Shown piece after piece: positions 63,525-64,000 of a DNA stretch of 64,000 bases. Position 1 is the first letter of the stretch. Every line of letters starts with the position of its first letter. The position numbers and the translations under genes are program-made. The notes below the pieces were generated by a model. The model was not told the DNA's origin. It worked only from the letters and a program-made list of their open reading frames with translations, and did no database searches. Source of the stretch: a virus; the IMG/VR virus record IMGVR_UViG_3300022690_000671, positions 15,948 through 79,947 of that record. One strand, 5' to 3'.

Positions 63525-64000
63525 TCTATAACAGGATCTATTCCGAATTTGTTATCGATTAAACCCCCTATAATGTCAACGCCAGTGTGGGGAGCCATTC
63601 CGTCCCCCATAGCTACACCAACTTGCTCCCTTGCAACACCCCATTCTTCAATCAAATCACTGAAGAGTATCAAGTCGATACCTTGCAGTTGGCTCTGCAA
63701 AACATCTGGATCCGTAAGATCAAGTTTGTGGATATCCAGGGCTATTTTGAGTAGTTGTCCCGCATTGATTGTCCAGCCCCTCGATAAGAATTTTCGCAGA
63801 CGGATGAACGACGCCAAAGAAAACTCACTACCCGTGTAGAAGAGTTCTTTGGTTAAGATAGAGACTAAAGTTTCTTGCGGCAAACGAAGGTGTCCGTCTT
63901 TATACCAACCCTTCGTATGAACGAAATCAAAATTATTCGCCACGGTTTCTGCATCTCCATACCATCCAAGGATCAACTGGAACACATGGTTGTTGAGCTT
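63521..64000 (-). CDS. Phage protein, possibly nucleotidyltransferase-related, 5'-partial
   Basis: Frame open to the window end; NFDFVH...YTGS...L.S..R..KF..RGW.I.AGQ.LK. Confidence 0.5.
   Translation of the reverse strand, partial: KLNNHVFQLILGWYGDAETVANNFDFVHTKGWYKDGHLRLPQETLVSILTKELFYTGSEFSLASFIRLRKFLSRGWTINAGQLLKIALDIHKLDLTDPDVLQSQLQGIDLILFSDLIEEWGVAREQVGVAMGDGMAPHTGVDIIGGLIDNKFGIDPVIE

Noticed and set aside
1-64000. CRISPR array, diversity-generating retroelement or retron
   Set aside because: No regularly spaced repeats and no reverse transcriptase; repeat mismatches are not adenine-specific.
41-64000. Numerous antisense ORFs (e.g. 15983..16576, 31357..31893, 44070..44591, 53252..53866)
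   Set aside because: They are shadows of well-supported genes on the opposite strand.

Overview
A 64-kb piece of a large, AT-rich, tailed dsDNA phage genome in the standard genetic code. No capsid, terminase, portal or integrase gene is visible. Positions 1-21.8 kb (+ strand) hold a podovirus-style tail and ejection module: a beta-propeller protein, paralogous adaptor-like proteins, a free-standing GIY-YIG endonuclease, a 1129-aa nozzle-like protein and three probable ejected proteins. The last of these is a 3350-aa polyvalent protein with GNAT and CmoA-like methyltransferase-fold domains. Positions 21.8-48 kb (- strand) hold replication and nucleotide genes: a NADAR-like::PD-(D/E)XK nuclease fusion, DHH and HD phosphoesterases, dNMP kinase, a family B polymerase with a LAGLIDADG intein and a fused C-terminal SLOG/YspA domain, MazG, SSB, a resolvase, an Ntn peptidase, a primase-helicase and an RNA ligase. 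Positions 48-61.4 kb (- strand) form an RNA-gene island with 16 tRNAs, a 5' half-tRNA, a tmRNA with an apparent 41-aa tag, several unclassified structured RNAs, two promoter classes (sigma70-like and ECF-like), small ORFs flanked by direct repeats, and an embedded block of virion-like genes. SSB and the FmdB-like protein suggest a Rhodothermota/Balneolota-type host (inference). The best candidates for new biology are (i) ADP-ribose-handling domains fused to the replication nuclease and polymerase, (ii) virion-delivered GNAT/CmoA-like enzymes alongside U34 tRNAs, and (iii) the RNA island, including ORFs whose stop codons lie inside tRNAs next to a long-tag tmRNA. All family assignments come from motif recognition by eye; no searches were run.
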